A stretch of DNA of 64,000 bases from Calditrichia bacterium. GTDB lineage: Bacteria; Calditrichota; Calditrichia; JAJRVZ01. The stretch is taken from contig CAWCNS010000016.1 of assembly GCA_963796965.1 (NCBI GenBank), forward strand, positions 64,001 to 128,000, written 5' to 3'. The position numbers were made by a program, and so were the translations under genes. Below, piece by piece: positions 12,224 to 21,978 of this stretch (within the stretch, counting starts at the first letter, position 1; each line of letters opens with the position of its first letter). The notes beneath the pieces were generated by a model. The model saw only the letters and a program-made list of their open reading frames with translations, had not been told where the DNA came from and did not search any database.

Positions 12224-12550
12224 ATGGCAAGCCAATGGGAAAAATTTTTTCAGGAACTTGTTGATGAAGCCGGTGAATTGATAAAAAATGAGGTGAACGA
12301 AATGCTGGAATCGGCAAGAAATGATTCTGAAGTGTTTCTTAATCGCCAGGCTGAAAAAATAGAAAAGTATTTAAACCAGTTAGTAACCGGTAAGATCGAG
12401 AAGAACCAACTTGAAGGATACCTGATGGATATCAAGGCCTTAACGGAGATGCATGCCTTGCAATTGTCGTTAGCAAGCAGAGTTAGGGCACAACGTTTAG
12501 CCCATGGAATCTCTGATTTGATTGTAACTAAATTGCTGGCATTTGTCTAA
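12224..12550 (+). CDS. Hypothetical alpha-helical protein, coupled to the upstream lipoprotein
   Basis: RBS GAGG, 10-nt gap after the 12213 stop. Confidence 0.7.
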   Translation: MASQWEKFFQELVDEAGELIKNEVNEMLESARNDSEVFLNRQAEKIEKYLNQLVTGKIEKNQLEGYLMDIKALTEMHALQLSLASRVRAQRLAHGISDLIVTKLLAFV

Positions 12551-12635
12551 AATCTGGGAAATGGGAACTGGGTGCTTGGAACTTGAATATTGGATATTTA
12601 ATCGGTGGAAAAATAGTTCCGCCCCACATAATTTG

Positions 12636-12759
12636 TATTACCTTACAGATGCGCCGTATCTTTTTTCTGTGTTTCACATTTCACATTTGACATTTCACGT
12701 TTCACATATTGTCCAAAGGACTCCTTCGGACAATATTCCGTGTTGACATATTGAATATT
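12636..12759 (+). repeat. Left arm of ~125-bp inverted repeat (partner 13516-13640)
   Basis: TATTACCTTACAGATGCGCCGTATCTTTTTTCTGTG-(TTTCACA-like)n-ATATTGTCCAAAGGACTCCTTCGGACAATATTCCGTGTTGAC.. is nearly identical to the reverse complement of 13516-13640. Confidence 0.9.
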
Positions 12760-12764
12760 CAAAT

Positions 12765-12790
12765 GGGCGGCCCAACGGCCACGCCCCTAC
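12765..12790 (-). repeat. GTAG-type REP palindrome
   Basis: Minus strand GTAGGGGCGTGGCCGTTGGGCCGCCC. Confidence 0.7.
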
Positions 12791-12829
12791 ATAATAATTA
12801 AATATTGAATATTTAAATCCGATCGTCCC

Positions 12830-13439
12830 CTAGGATTCCCAATTTTCCTTTACCAGGGATAGTTTTTTATAAAAATCGAATAGGTGTTTGCTGAATTTGG
12901 AGGCATTTGCCTTTAATTCATCCACATTTGTTTGCTCACCTGCCGTATCAGATATCAGCTTATAGGATTTAAACGGTAGCGAAAAGAGGTGACAGACGGA
13001 ACCGATAGCCCATAGTTCTCTATCTACCATGTCCGCAAAAGGAGAAAGTTGTTGGGCATATTCATTGCTCAGAACCGGCTGAAGAGCAGACACGCAATCC
13101 AGTTTACTCAGCGTTTCTTTACAATTAAATGATGGATACCCTGGAATGCCATTCATTTGATGGTAAACGGACCGAACACCATAAATTTGGTTTAACTGAG
13201 TCTCAGGTTTTAGACTACCGGCGATTCCCATATTAATAATACGATCGATCTGATGACTATAATAGGTATAAACAGCTGCAGAGACGCATGGTGGCTATCT
13301 GGATACCCTCTCCACAAATTAATAGCATGCCATCATCTGAACGATATAAACCTTTAAAATGAAATTCAACGGTTTGTTTATATTTTCGTCTAATAAATTC
13401 CTGTGCTTCCCCATGGTGCGCAATGGTTAATAATAACAT
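12830..13439 (-). CDS. Nucleoside phosphorylase / MTA-SAH nucleosidase-like protein (frameshift near 13280)
   Basis: IA..GEA, LICGEG, INMGIAGSL, VDRE, KLISD motifs; ORFs 13257-13439 and 12830-13231 join. Confidence 0.75.
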
Positions 13440-13515
13440 CTCCTTTTCATCCCCAATTTAATGGTAAAATATATACTGTTATGTTGAATCTTTATTAAGA
13501 GTAAAGATAATTATA

Positions 13516-13640
13516 AATATTCAATAGTCAACACGGAATATTCTCCGAAGGAGTCCTTTGGACAATATATGCAAAGAGTGAAACGTGAAATGTCAAATGT
13601 GAAACACAGAAAAAAGATACAGCGCATCTGTAAGGTAATA
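13516..13640 (-). repeat. Right arm of ~125-bp inverted repeat (partner 12636-12759)
   Basis: Direct alignment by eye. Confidence 0.9.
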
Positions 13641-13748
13641 TATAATGGTATAATTATTTTAAAGAGTTTTGTATAAATATACAAAATATAATCATAATCA
13701 TATAAAGAGAAAACCAGGGTTGAAGGGCTAAGGGTAGTGAAAAATAGA

Positions 13749-13781
13749 AAAAACCTGCGACCGGATGATCGCAGGTTTTTC
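13749..13781. terminator. Intrinsic terminator (bidirectional form)
   Basis: AAAAACCTGCGA-N8-TCGCAGGTTTTT downstream of the minus-strand gene ending at 13827. Confidence 0.75.
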
Positions 13782-13826
13782 ATAACCGAGGATACAATAG
13801 AATGAGAATACTATCTATTTTAAATG

Positions 13827-14267
13827 TTACTCGGTGGAGGCAGTGGCTGTATTATCGGCATACCTTTCATCCACTTCTGTCTCTATTGTAGGATTGTCCT
13901 TGCAACACATAATTGCCAGAAGTTGATGACGGATTGCAGGATCTGATTCTTCGTTGAAATCATCTTTTATTGAATCCAGGAACCAATCATTTTGCATTTT
14001 GTAGAGCGCAACGAGGGCTAATTGTCGCATTTTAACGTTTTCATGTTCTTTAAAGATAACGTAAACATCATAGGCGGCTTCATGAACCCATACTTTGCCT
14101 TCATGTTTAATGATCATCTGCATGGCTGAAGCCTTAAGACCATCATTGTCAGAACGTAATGCCTGGACAAGATTGTCGCTAAAAGTATTCCACTCATCCG
14201 AAGCGGAAGCATTACTGAAAACCATTGCCATCGCAAAGACTAAGGAAACAATTACGAGCTTCTTCAT
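13827..14267 (-). CDS. Secreted hypothetical helical (HEAT-like) protein
   Basis: RBS GGAGG; signal peptide MKKLVIV...NASA. Confidence 0.75.
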   Translation of the reverse strand: MKKLVIVSLVFAMAMVFSNASASDEWNTFSDNLVQALRSDNDGLKASAMQMIIKHEGKVWVHEAAYDVYVIFKEHENVKMRQLALVALYKMQNDWFLDSIKDDFNEESDPAIRHQLLAIMCCKDNPTIETEVDERYADNTATASTE

Positions 14268-14761
14268 GATATGTACCTCCATTTGTTTGGTTTTTATTTT
14301 CTTATCTCTTCTGAATTACTTTACGTGATGCCCAATTGAATGTTGCATATTTTTTAAAAATTATACTTGAAATCTAATTTTTATGCAGTTTTATACGGAA
14401 AATAAATCCCATAAAAACATTGATTTAGAGAAAGACAAAAAAAATCAAATTATTTTTAAAAAAAATTATAAAAATCCATTCTTTTCTATCCTTTTATCCA
14501 GAAATGAACAAGGAAAAATGTTGAAAGTTAATGCGATTATTAAGACATATGAACCATAATTTTGTTGTGCTTTAATCTATCAAATGTGACAAAAGAAAAA
14601 TTTTGCAATCAAATTAAAATTATAAAAGGGAGTAAACTTTTTGATTCAATAATTATAAAATTGTAAGATAATCTATATTTCATTCATTTATTTCTGCATT
14701 ACTTATAATTCTTCCTACTTTGTTTATTATGTTTGCACATATTAATTGAAAGAACTTTTTT

Positions 14762-16057
14762 ATGAAACATCTGGTTATATTGGGAAATGGGATTACAGGT
14801 ATCACCGTTGCACGCCATGTGCGCAAACAAAGTGATATGAAAATCACAATCATTTCAGCGGAATCACAACACTTTTTCTCCCGAACGGCATTAATGTATA
14901 TTTTTATGGGGCATATGAAGTACGAAGATACAAAACCCTATGAGGATTCCTTTTGGGAAAAAAACCGTATCGATCTTATTCACGGTTTTGTAAATGAGGT
15001 GAATTGTTCAAAAAAGTGTTTGGGTATGGATGATGGGAGGGAAATCACATATGATGTTTTGGTTGTGGCAACGGGATCGAAGAGTAATTCCTTTTCCTGG
15101 CCAGGCAGCAATTTGGAAGGGGTGCAAGGTCTTTATTCTCTCCAGGATCTTAGCTTGTTGGAGGAAAACATAAAAAAAGCTTCCAGGTCGGTCATTGTCG
15201 GGGGGGGCTTGATTGGATTCGAATTAGCAGAGATGCTTTTGTCAAGGGGGATTCAGGTAACTTTTCTGGTTCGGGAAGATTATTGTTGGAATATTGTACT
15301 ACCCGAGGAAGAAGCGAAGCTGGTCAGCCGGCATATTGTTGAGCATGGCGTTGACCTTAGGCTCAAAACTGAATTGAAAGAGATCCTTCCTGCTAGTGAT
15401 GGCGGTGTTGATGCTGTTCTTACGCAGGATGAAGAAAAGATTAATTGTCAATTCGTCGGTATCACTATTGGTGTGCATCCAAATATTGAGATTATCAAAA
15501 ATTCTGATATTAATACAGGTCGTGGAGTGCTGGTAAATGAATTTTTGGAAACAAATATACCTGATGTATATGCGGCAGGTGATTGTGCTGAAATTGAAAT
15601 CGAAAATAGACCTCTTAACCGTGTAGAACAGCTATGGTATACCGGTCGTATGCAGGGGAAAGTTTTAGCTAAAACAATTTGTGGTGACCGTACAGCCTAT
15701 GACAGGGGGATTTGGTATAATTCAGCAAAGTTTTTTGATATTGAATATCAAACTTATGGACAGGTTGGGAATGTTCTTCAATCTGGAGAAAAAAGTTTGT
15801 ATTGGGAGCATCCAAACGGCAGAAAATGTCTTCGATTGCTATATAAACAAGATTCTGGTGCATTTTTAGGAGCGAATATTTTGGGTGGAAGATTAAGGCA
15901 AAATGTTTGTGAAAAGTGGATAAGGGAAGAACAAAATATTACCTATGTGCTGAAAAACCTAAGGTCGGCAAATTTTGATCCTGAATTCTTCGCACAAGAT
16001 GAAGAGGAGATTGCCAGAGAATTTAAAAGTCAAGGTGTTGGTGTCACTATATCTTGA
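14762..16057 (+). CDS. NAD(P)/FAD-dependent oxidoreductase (NADH oxidase/rubredoxin reductase-like)
   Basis: GNGITG, VATGS, GGGLIGFE, TNIPDVYAAGDCAE. Confidence 0.9.
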   Translation: MKHLVILGNGITGITVARHVRKQSDMKITIISAESQHFFSRTALMYIFMGHMKYEDTKPYEDSFWEKNRIDLIHGFVNEVNCSKKCLGMDDGREITYDVLVVATGSKSNSFSWPGSNLEGVQGLYSLQDLSLLEENIKKASRSVIVGGGLIGFELAEMLLSRGIQVTFLVREDYCWNIVLPEEEAKLVSRHIVEHGVDLRLKTELKEILPASDGGVDAVLTQDEEKINCQFVGITIGVHPNIEIIKNSDINTGRGVLVNEFLETNIPDVYAAGDCAEIEIENRPLNRVEQLWYTGRMQGKVLAKTICGDRTAYDRGIWYNSAKFFDIEYQTYGQVGNVLQSGEKSLYWEHPNGRKCLRLLYKQDSGAFLGANILGGRLRQNVCEKWIREEQNITYVLKNLRSANFDPEFFAQDEEEIAREFKSQGVGVTIS

Positions 16058-16116
16058 AGGGTGGAAACAGTAGGCTAAGATTAAATGAATGGAATTCGTA
16101 ACTGGTAATTAGGAAT

Positions 16117-16357
16117 TCAGTTAAGATATAGTTATGTAGTAATAAACACTGGAATATCAAATAATTTTATTAGTACCACCACGGTGGGACTTGATTTAAA
16201 GAACTCACCCTAAATCCCTCTCTTGAGAAGAGAGGGACTTTAAGGAGCCCCTTCTCTTTCCTTTCCCGCAAGTGCGGGACTCAGGGTGACGAGAAGGGGT
16301 TTGGAATGAGTTTTTCACTTAAAACATTGATTATTTTTTTTAAACCAGACACTCATG
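16117..16357 (+). mobile_element. Third, left-truncated copy of the ~220-bp MITE, carrying an extra REP-like insert
   Basis: Aligns to 26902-27124 along its length; right TIR AACCAGACACTCATG at 16343-16357. Confidence 0.8.
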
Positions 16358-16477
16358 GTAGCGGGTAATTAGTAATTCGGAATTTGAAAATTATTTACCA
16401 ATTGCTAATTACGCAAGTGAGATTTTCATTTTTTGGGTCTGTGTTTTTTGTTCTGTTAATCATATAAGGGTAAAAAT

Positions 16478-17794
16478 ATGGAATTGGTTCAAATAGACGG
16501 TGTGAAGATCCAATCTAAGCATCAGGATTTTTCAATGCTGAAAAAACTCGGAATGACCCTCCTATCTATAGGATTGTTTTTCTTATTGTTAGGCCTGTCA
16601 TCATTAGGAAAAAATTATGCATCAATCATGCTTATATTAAGTGTTGGTCTTATTGTATTAGGTGGCATAGGTTATATCACTGCAATCAGCAGGGCAGAGC
16701 CATCCGGAATTAAAAATAATGGAGTTATGTTTCGTTCACTAACATCCAAAGGTATGGCTGCCTGGATTTTGGCTATTTTCCTTACATCATTTTACATCGT
16801 TCTATACTGGTTTCCCTTTTTATTAGAAAACTGGATCCGTCTCGTCGATCCGATAGCTTATCTGATTATGAAACAACCAGCCGATCGGTGGTTTTTATAC
16901 GGCACATTTTACACGATTGCAGTCCTGATCATGGGCCTGTATATGATCTATTATAAATACCGGCATAATCGTTATCATCAGATCCGCACCCTTTCGATCA
17001 TGTTTTTCCAGTTCGGTTTTGCCTATTTAATCCCCTATGTCTTAAAGGGATTAAACCAACCAGATTTCTATTTCAGCTATTTCTGGCCTTTGAAATATGA
17101 TTATTTATTTCCGGGAACCGTGGGGTATTTATTTAATCATCCCGGTGGCTTGGGTATGTTTATGTTCTTTTGGGGAGCAATTATGTCCTTTGTTGCAGTA
17201 CCAGTTTTAACCTATTTTTTTGGTAAAAGATGGTATTGTTCCTGGGTATGCGGTTGTGGTGGATTAGCAAATACAGCCGGTGATCCATTTCGCCATCTTT
17301 CTGACAAGTCTGTTGGGGCCTGGAAGTTAGAGCGCTGGTCAATTCATTCTGTATTAGTGTTCGTGATAATAACGACGATTTTGATATGGACCAACTCCCT
17401 GTCGGGTAGGGAAATCTTTGGTCAGCTTTCCCAAACTATTAGTAAAATTTATGGGTTTTTGATTGGTGCCATGTTCGCTGGTGTCATTGGGGTTGGGTTT
17501 TACCCTCTTTTAGGTAGTCGGGTCTGGTGCCGGTTTGGTTGCCCCCTCGCGGCAATTCTGGGTATCATACAAAAGTATTTTTCCCGATTCCGGATTACAA
17601 CCAATGGAAGTCAATGTATATCCTGCGGAAATTGTTCAACCTATTGTGAGATGGGTATTGATGTGCGCTGGTATGCCCAGCGTAAACAAAATATTATTCG
17701 TGCTTCTTGTGTAGGATGCGGTGTTTGCGCGGCGGTTTGTCCGCGGGGCGTGCTTCGTTTGGAGAATGGCTCCCTGGTTGGCCGTATGGAGTAA
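16478..17794 (+). CDS. Membrane-bound 4Fe-4S protein (NapH/MauN/RdxA-like polyferredoxin)
   Basis: Many TM helices; CSWVCGCG, CRFGCP, CISCGNCSTYC, CVGCGVCAAVCP. Confidence 0.9.
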   Translation: MELVQIDGVKIQSKHQDFSMLKKLGMTLLSIGLFFLLLGLSSLGKNYASIMLILSVGLIVLGGIGYITAISRAEPSGIKNNGVMFRSLTSKGMAAWILAIFLTSFYIVLYWFPFLLENWIRLVDPIAYLIMKQPADRWFLYGTFYTIAVLIMGLYMIYYKYRHNRYHQIRTLSIMFFQFGFAYLIPYVLKGLNQPDFYFSYFWPLKYDYLFPGTVGYLFNHPGGLGMFMFFWGAIMSFVAVPVLTYFFGKRWYCSWVCGCGGLANTAGDPFRHLSDKSVGAWKLERWSIHSVLVFVIITTILIWTNSLSGREIFGQLSQTISKIYGFLIGAMFAGVIGVGFYPLLGSRVWCRFGCPLAAILGIIQKYFSRFRITTNGSQCISCGNCSTYCEMGIDVRWYAQRKQNIIRASCVGCGVCAAVCPRGVLRLENGSLVGRME

Positions 17795-17901
17795 TAGAAG
17801 AGAGAGTGGAGAGTAGAGGGTGGAGCGAAGAGCGAGGAGCGTAGGATTTTGCCTCAACAAGCCCGCCGCCGGAGATGGGAGACAGGAATCAGATTCACAA
17901 T

Positions 17902-17927
17902 GTAGGGGCGGACCTATGTGTCCGCCC
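17902..17927 (+). repeat. GTAG-type REP palindrome (may act as terminator)
   Basis: GTAG-GGGCGGAC-N6-GTCCGCCC followed by a T-run. Confidence 0.75.
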
Positions 17928-17957
17928 TTTTTTATTTAAGAAAGCAAAAGATAGTCT

Positions 17958-18141
17958 CACGAATTACACTAACAGAATTGAAATATAGAATAATGAATAT
18001 TAATAGTTTTTAGAAAATAACGCTTTCGAAGTAAGTTTGGAAATATTTATATTAATATATCTTGAAAATTCGTGATATTCGTAATAATTCGTGTGATTAG
18101 TGGATATCTTTTCTCTGCGGCTTTGCGACTCTGCGTGAGAA
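17958..18141. repeat. CACGAATTA-type inverted arms plus a CTTTGCG/CTCTGCG arm
   Basis: CACGAATTACACTAA ... ATTCGTGATATTCGTAATAATTCGTGTGATTAGTGG; CTCTGCGGCTTTGCGACTCTGCGTGAGA. Confidence 0.7.
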
Positions 18142-18153
18142 AAAATATCTTGT

Positions 18154-19392
18154 TTATGCAAATAAAATCCGAAGATAAAACAAAGGATTAGCCAGCCTTT
18201 TCCGCGGTACCTCGTTTGCCAGCATTCCGGCAATGATGTTACTGACTTCAGCATTTCTCGCTGCCTTTTTAATCACCAGATTTAAGAGAAAGCGGTATTT
18301 GCCGATCTTTTGCAATTTTGTACTCACCTTTAATTCATTTCCTATAACCTTCCATAACTCATTTTCATACTTTGACAGAAAGGTTTCACTAAAATCATTG
18401 GCATCAATGGCTTTTTTTGATGTCTCAACCGCGAATTTTGCAGAATACAGGGCATTCCCTATGCCTTCTCCGGTAAAGGGATCGATCAAACCGGCGGCAT
18501 CTCCTAACAACATAAATCCGTTCCCATAACTTTTACGTCGCTTGCTGCCTACGGGTAAATTCCAACCCACAGGTTTTTCCATTGGTTCGGCCCCCTGAAA
18601 GCGATCTTTAAAATAGGGGCTGTTAATCGTATCATTAAGTGCTTTATTTAGATCAATATTTTGTTTTTTGATGTATTTATGCAGCATACCAATACCGATA
18701 TTAGCATAGCCTTCCTCTAAGGGGAAAATCCAAAAATAGCCCGGGATCACTTCATCAACATAATGTAATTCAATTTGATCAGTCAGATCTTTTACATCTT
18801 TATAATAGCAGCGGAGGGCGACAACCCAGTGGTTGGGATCATGATCATAAAGTCCACTTTTGCGTGCGACGATAGATTTATACCCATCAGCCCCTAAAAC
18901 TATTTTTCCTTTAAAGATTTTTTCATTGCCATCCCTATCTTTCCCCCGCACACCACATACCCTATCCTTTTCAATTAGAAGATCGGATACTGAAAATTTT
19001 TCGATAGTTTTTGTTGCCACTTTTTTAGCTTGATCGAACATAAATGCATCATAATTTTTCCGCCTGATCACAAAACCCTTTGGAATATCTTTAAGTTTGG
19101 TGTTTCTCAAATCGATACGAAACGAGTCATGGCTTGGGCTGCTAAAGACGATAGATTGAATATTAGCACCTGGTAGATTTTGTACTTCTTCAAGTAGATT
19201 TAACTCACGAAGAGCAGTAACTGATTTTCCTGAAAGGGCATCCCCACAGATTTTGTCGCGAGGGAAATCCTCTTTATCAAGTAAAAGGGTTGTTAAGCCC
19301 TGGCGCGAGGCATGTAATGCCGCTGCGCTTCCCGCAGGTCCTGCCCCGACTATTATAAGGTCGTAAACTTTATCGTTATTCTGTTTCATCAT
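18154..19392 (-). CDS. Geranylgeranyl reductase family flavoprotein
   Basis: VGAGPAGS, FPRDKICGD, GADG, GYFWIFP, GDAAGLIDPFTGEGI. Confidence 0.9.
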   Translation of the reverse strand: MMKQNNDKVYDLIIVGAGPAGSAAALHASRQGLTTLLLDKEDFPRDKICGDALSGKSVTALRELNLLEEVQNLPGANIQSIVFSSPSHDSFRIDLRNTKLKDIPKGFVIRRKNYDAFMFDQAKKVATKTIEKFSVSDLLIEKDRVCGVRGKDRDGNEKIFKGKIVLGADGYKSIVARKSGLYDHDPNHWVVALRCYYKDVKDLTDQIELHYVDEVIPGYFWIFPLEEGYANIGIGMLHKYIKKQNIDLNKALNDTINSPYFKDRFQGAEPMEKPVGWNLPVGSKRRKSYGNGFMLLGDAAGLIDPFTGEGIGNALYSAKFAVETSKKAIDANDFSETFLSKYENELWKVIGNELKVSTKLQKIGKYRFLLNLVIKKAARNAEVSNIIAGMLANEVPRKRLANPLFYLRILFA

Positions 19393-19433
19393 CTTAGTAA
19401 TATTCTTTCCAAATTATGTGAAATAATAAAAAA

Positions 19434-19534
19434 AGAAAGCAGAATGCCGAATGCAGAAAGCAGTTACCTATACACTATTAATATCTCATAGTGTATAATT
19501 AAGTACTGCTTTCAGCTTTCTGCTCTCTGCTTTC
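19434..19534. repeat. Inverted pair of 7-nt periodic arrays (AGAAAGC / GCTTTCT)
   Basis: AGAAAGCAGAATGCCGAATGCAGAAAGCAGT ... ACTGCTTTCAGCTTTCTGCTCTCTGCTTTC. Confidence 0.75.
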
Positions 19535-19566
19535 CTCTATGCCTATAACTTATTTTTAATCAGAGA

Positions 19567-19914
19567 TTATCCCGGAGGCCACATGAGCCTGCGACCACCA
19601 AGGAGATGAAAATGAAGATGAAAGATGGTCTGCCCGCCATTTTTTCCCTCGTTCATCAACAAACGGTAGCCACCTTCATCTAATCCAAAATCTTTTGCAA
19701 TTTGCCTGGCCACAATTACCATCTTTCCAAGAATCGCTGCATCTGATTCATCAGCCGCAGTCAATTTGGGTATGCGTTTCCTGGGTACGATGAGAATGTG
19801 TACAGGCGCCTGAGGATTTATATCTTTAAAGGCAACGACATCTTCATCTTCATAGATAAATTCGGCAGGCTTCTTTTTGTCGATAATCTGACTAAAAATG
19901 GTTTCTTCTTCCAC
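19567..19914 (-). CDS. hinT: Histidine triad nucleotide-binding protein
   Basis: FKDINPQAPVHILIVP, HLHFHLLGGR, WPPG C-terminus. Confidence 0.93.
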   Translation of the reverse strand: MEEETIFSQIIDKKKPAEFIYEDEDVVAFKDINPQAPVHILIVPRKRIPKLTAADESDAAILGKMVIVARQIAKDFGLDEGGYRLLMNEGKNGGQTIFHLHFHLLGGRRLMWPPG

Positions 19915-19933
19915 AAACGCCCTCCTCAGAGTA

Positions 19934-20648
19934 TTAATTTCTTAAAAGATTAATAAATGAGGCTGCAGTAATTGCAGCCGTCTCAGTTCTTAGCCGGTAA
20001 TCTCCAAATGTAATGGGTCGATATCCATTTTTTTTACAGAATTCAATCTCCTCTTCATCCAGGCCACCTTCAGGACCGAGCAAGAAGATAATGTCTTTCT
20101 TCCGCGGAACGGTATTCTCTGATAATAAATCGGAGAATTGCTGCTCTGTATTTTGTTCCGCGATATATTTGAATGAAATCCCGGCCGTTTCTGAATATGA
20201 CATTTTTAAAGTTAGAGATGATCTTTATCTCGGGTAAATATACCCGGTTGCTCTGTTTCATCGCCTGACGGGAGATTTTTTCCCATCGACCTTTATTGTC
20301 TGTCTGGTAATTCGAATATCGACTGGGAAAGAGATAAAAATGAGAGATACCCAGTTCGGTTGCTTTCTCTATCAGATAATCCATTCGTGCCGGCCGGATA
20401 AATCCAATCCCAAGTGCGGATTTTTCTGGCACTGGCCAAAATTTTCGGTCTGTTGATGAAAAGGCCGCACGAAGAACGGGCTGAGTAGCGATTATCCTGC
20501 CTTGATACAGGTAGCCTTTTCCATCAGTGAACTGAATCAGATCCCCTGATTGTTTACGCATCGTTTTCAGGATATGTCTGGATTCAAAAGCATCGAATGT
20601 TGCTTCATTCTTACTTATGTTTTCTGATTCAGTAAAATACAATTCCAT
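19934..20648 (-). CDS. rsmE: 16S rRNA m3U1498 methyltransferase (frameshift near 20205)
   Basis: HILKTMR, EKATELG, AMKQS, GPEGG, LRTETA. Confidence 0.88.
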
Positions 20649-20955
20649 AGTTATAAAACCAATATGATAAATTAATGAATTAAAATCAATATCAATTTAT
20701 AAGGTTATTGCACTATTACATCACTTGGAATGTTGTGTTTAAATCAATAAGTTATAGGTAGATTAAATTAATGATCTCTCGCAGCGCTGCGACGTCGCAA
20801 CGAATTTTTCCACGGATTACGCTCGTAGAACGGGCCGGGCCAAATTATATCGAATTTCGCTCGTAGAACGAGCCAGGTCGAATTTATAAATATGTTTTAG
20901 AATTGTGATTTTATATTTTGATATTGTTTAGAAATTAGAATTTAGGATTTAAAAG

Positions 20956-21461
20956 ATGTGGATATTAAAAAATATTACACTATTATGCATTGTCATTATT
21001 TTTAAATTATCTTGTCAGTCAGAAAGGCTTTGAAGGATCACGGTCCTGCTAAAAACTTTACCCTTTATGATACCGATTCAATCCGCTATGAATTAGCGGA
21101 TTATAAGGGGAAAATTGTAATGATTCATTTCTGGGCGGATTGGTGTCCCAACTGCCGTGGTGAGTTTCCGAAGATACAAGCGGCCTACGAAAAAATATCG
21201 TCTGATGATTTCGAGATTCTGGCGGTAAATTCAGGACAATCAAGGGCCCATGTGAGGGAGATTAGAGAGAGTTATCAATTAACTTATCCCTTATTGGTTG
21301 ACCGGGAAACAAATACAGCAGAGTTGTATGAAGTGGCAGGTTTGCCCAGTACGTTTTTTGTCGACAGAACCGGTAAAGTTGTTAAGATAAATGTGGGTTG
21401 GTTAGAAGCGGATGACATTCTTTCAACTTACGAACAACTAAAAAATGATACAAAAGAGTAG
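20956..21461 (+). CDS. TlpA/ResA family thiol-disulfide oxidoreductase, probable lipoprotein (A-run frameshift near 21023)
   Basis: FWADWCPNC, GLPSTFFVD; upstream frame from 20956 gives signal peptide ending LSC. Confidence 0.85.
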
Positions 21462-21472
21462 TCTGGGAGTGT

Positions 21473-21501
21473 TTGACATTAGGGCTTAAAACAAGTAAAT
21501 T
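21473..21501 (+). promoter_or_regulatory. Sigma70-type promoter for tRNA-Leu
   Basis: TTGACA-17 nt-TAAATT. Confidence 0.7.
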
Positions 21502-21517
21502 TTAGCCTTTAAATGAT

Positions 21518-21603
21518 GCCGAAGTGGTGGAATTGGTAGACACGACGGATTCAAAATCCGTTCCGGTTGATCCCGGGTGGGGGTTCGAGTCCCCCCTTCG
21601 GTA
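21518..21603 (+). tRNA. tRNA-Leu(CAA), CCA not encoded
   Basis: Acceptor GCCGAAG/CTTCGGT, anticodon arm ACGGA-TTCAAAA-TCCGT, long variable arm, GTTCGAGTC T-loop. Confidence 0.96.
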
Positions 21604-21605
21604 CG

Positions 21606-21644
21606 AAAGTTGCAGCATCTGCTTATGATCTGCAACTTTTTTTT
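21606..21644 (+). terminator. Intrinsic terminator after tRNA-Leu
   Basis: AAAGTTGCAG...CTGCAACTTT + T-run. Confidence 0.8.
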
Positions 21645-21654
21645 ATGAGAAAAA

Positions 21655-21909
21655 ATGTATTTTGTATATGTCTTACTAAGTGAAAAAGATCAAAAATATT
21701 ACATCGGCCAGACGAATAATCTCGAATCTCGAATAAAGAGACATTCTTTAGGCTATGTAAAATCAACCCGGCATCGTCGTCCCTTTAAATTGATATATCA
21801 TAAAGAACTTTCTTCTCGCTCGGATGCAATTCGGTTTGAGAAATATTTAAAATCTGGAGCTGGACACCAGTTCCTAAAAGCAAAATTGGTAGACACGTCC
21901 CTCGAATAA
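21655..21909 (+). CDS. Stand-alone GIY-YIG nuclease (YhbQ/UPF0213-like)
   Basis: FVYVL..YYIGQT..L..R...H, ST+.RP..L, E..LKSG. Confidence 0.9.
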   Translation: MYFVYVLLSEKDQKYYIGQTNNLESRIKRHSLGYVKSTRHRRPFKLIYHKELSSRSDAIRFEKYLKSGAGHQFLKAKLVDTSLE

Positions 21910-21978
21910 CGAGGTCTTGAAACCGTAAAACGGGATCCGGTTGATCCCGGGTGGGGGTTCAAGTCCCCCCTTCGGTAC
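21884..21978 (+). pseudogene. Partial duplicate of tRNA-Leu(CAA) with the anticodon arm replaced by a two-hairpin insert
   Basis: 21884-21897 = tRNA 21531-21544; 21936-21978 = tRNA 21562-21604 (42/43 nt). Confidence 0.85.

Noticed and set aside
20820..20884. Two direct repeats as a mini-CRISPR
   Set aside because: Only two ~27-nt copies with an 11-nt gap; no cas genes; no regular repeat-spacer array anywhere in the window.
21562..21978. attL/attR of a prophage or integrative island
   Set aside because: The duplicated tRNA end encloses only about 330 bp with no integrase, and the copy also includes the D-arm.
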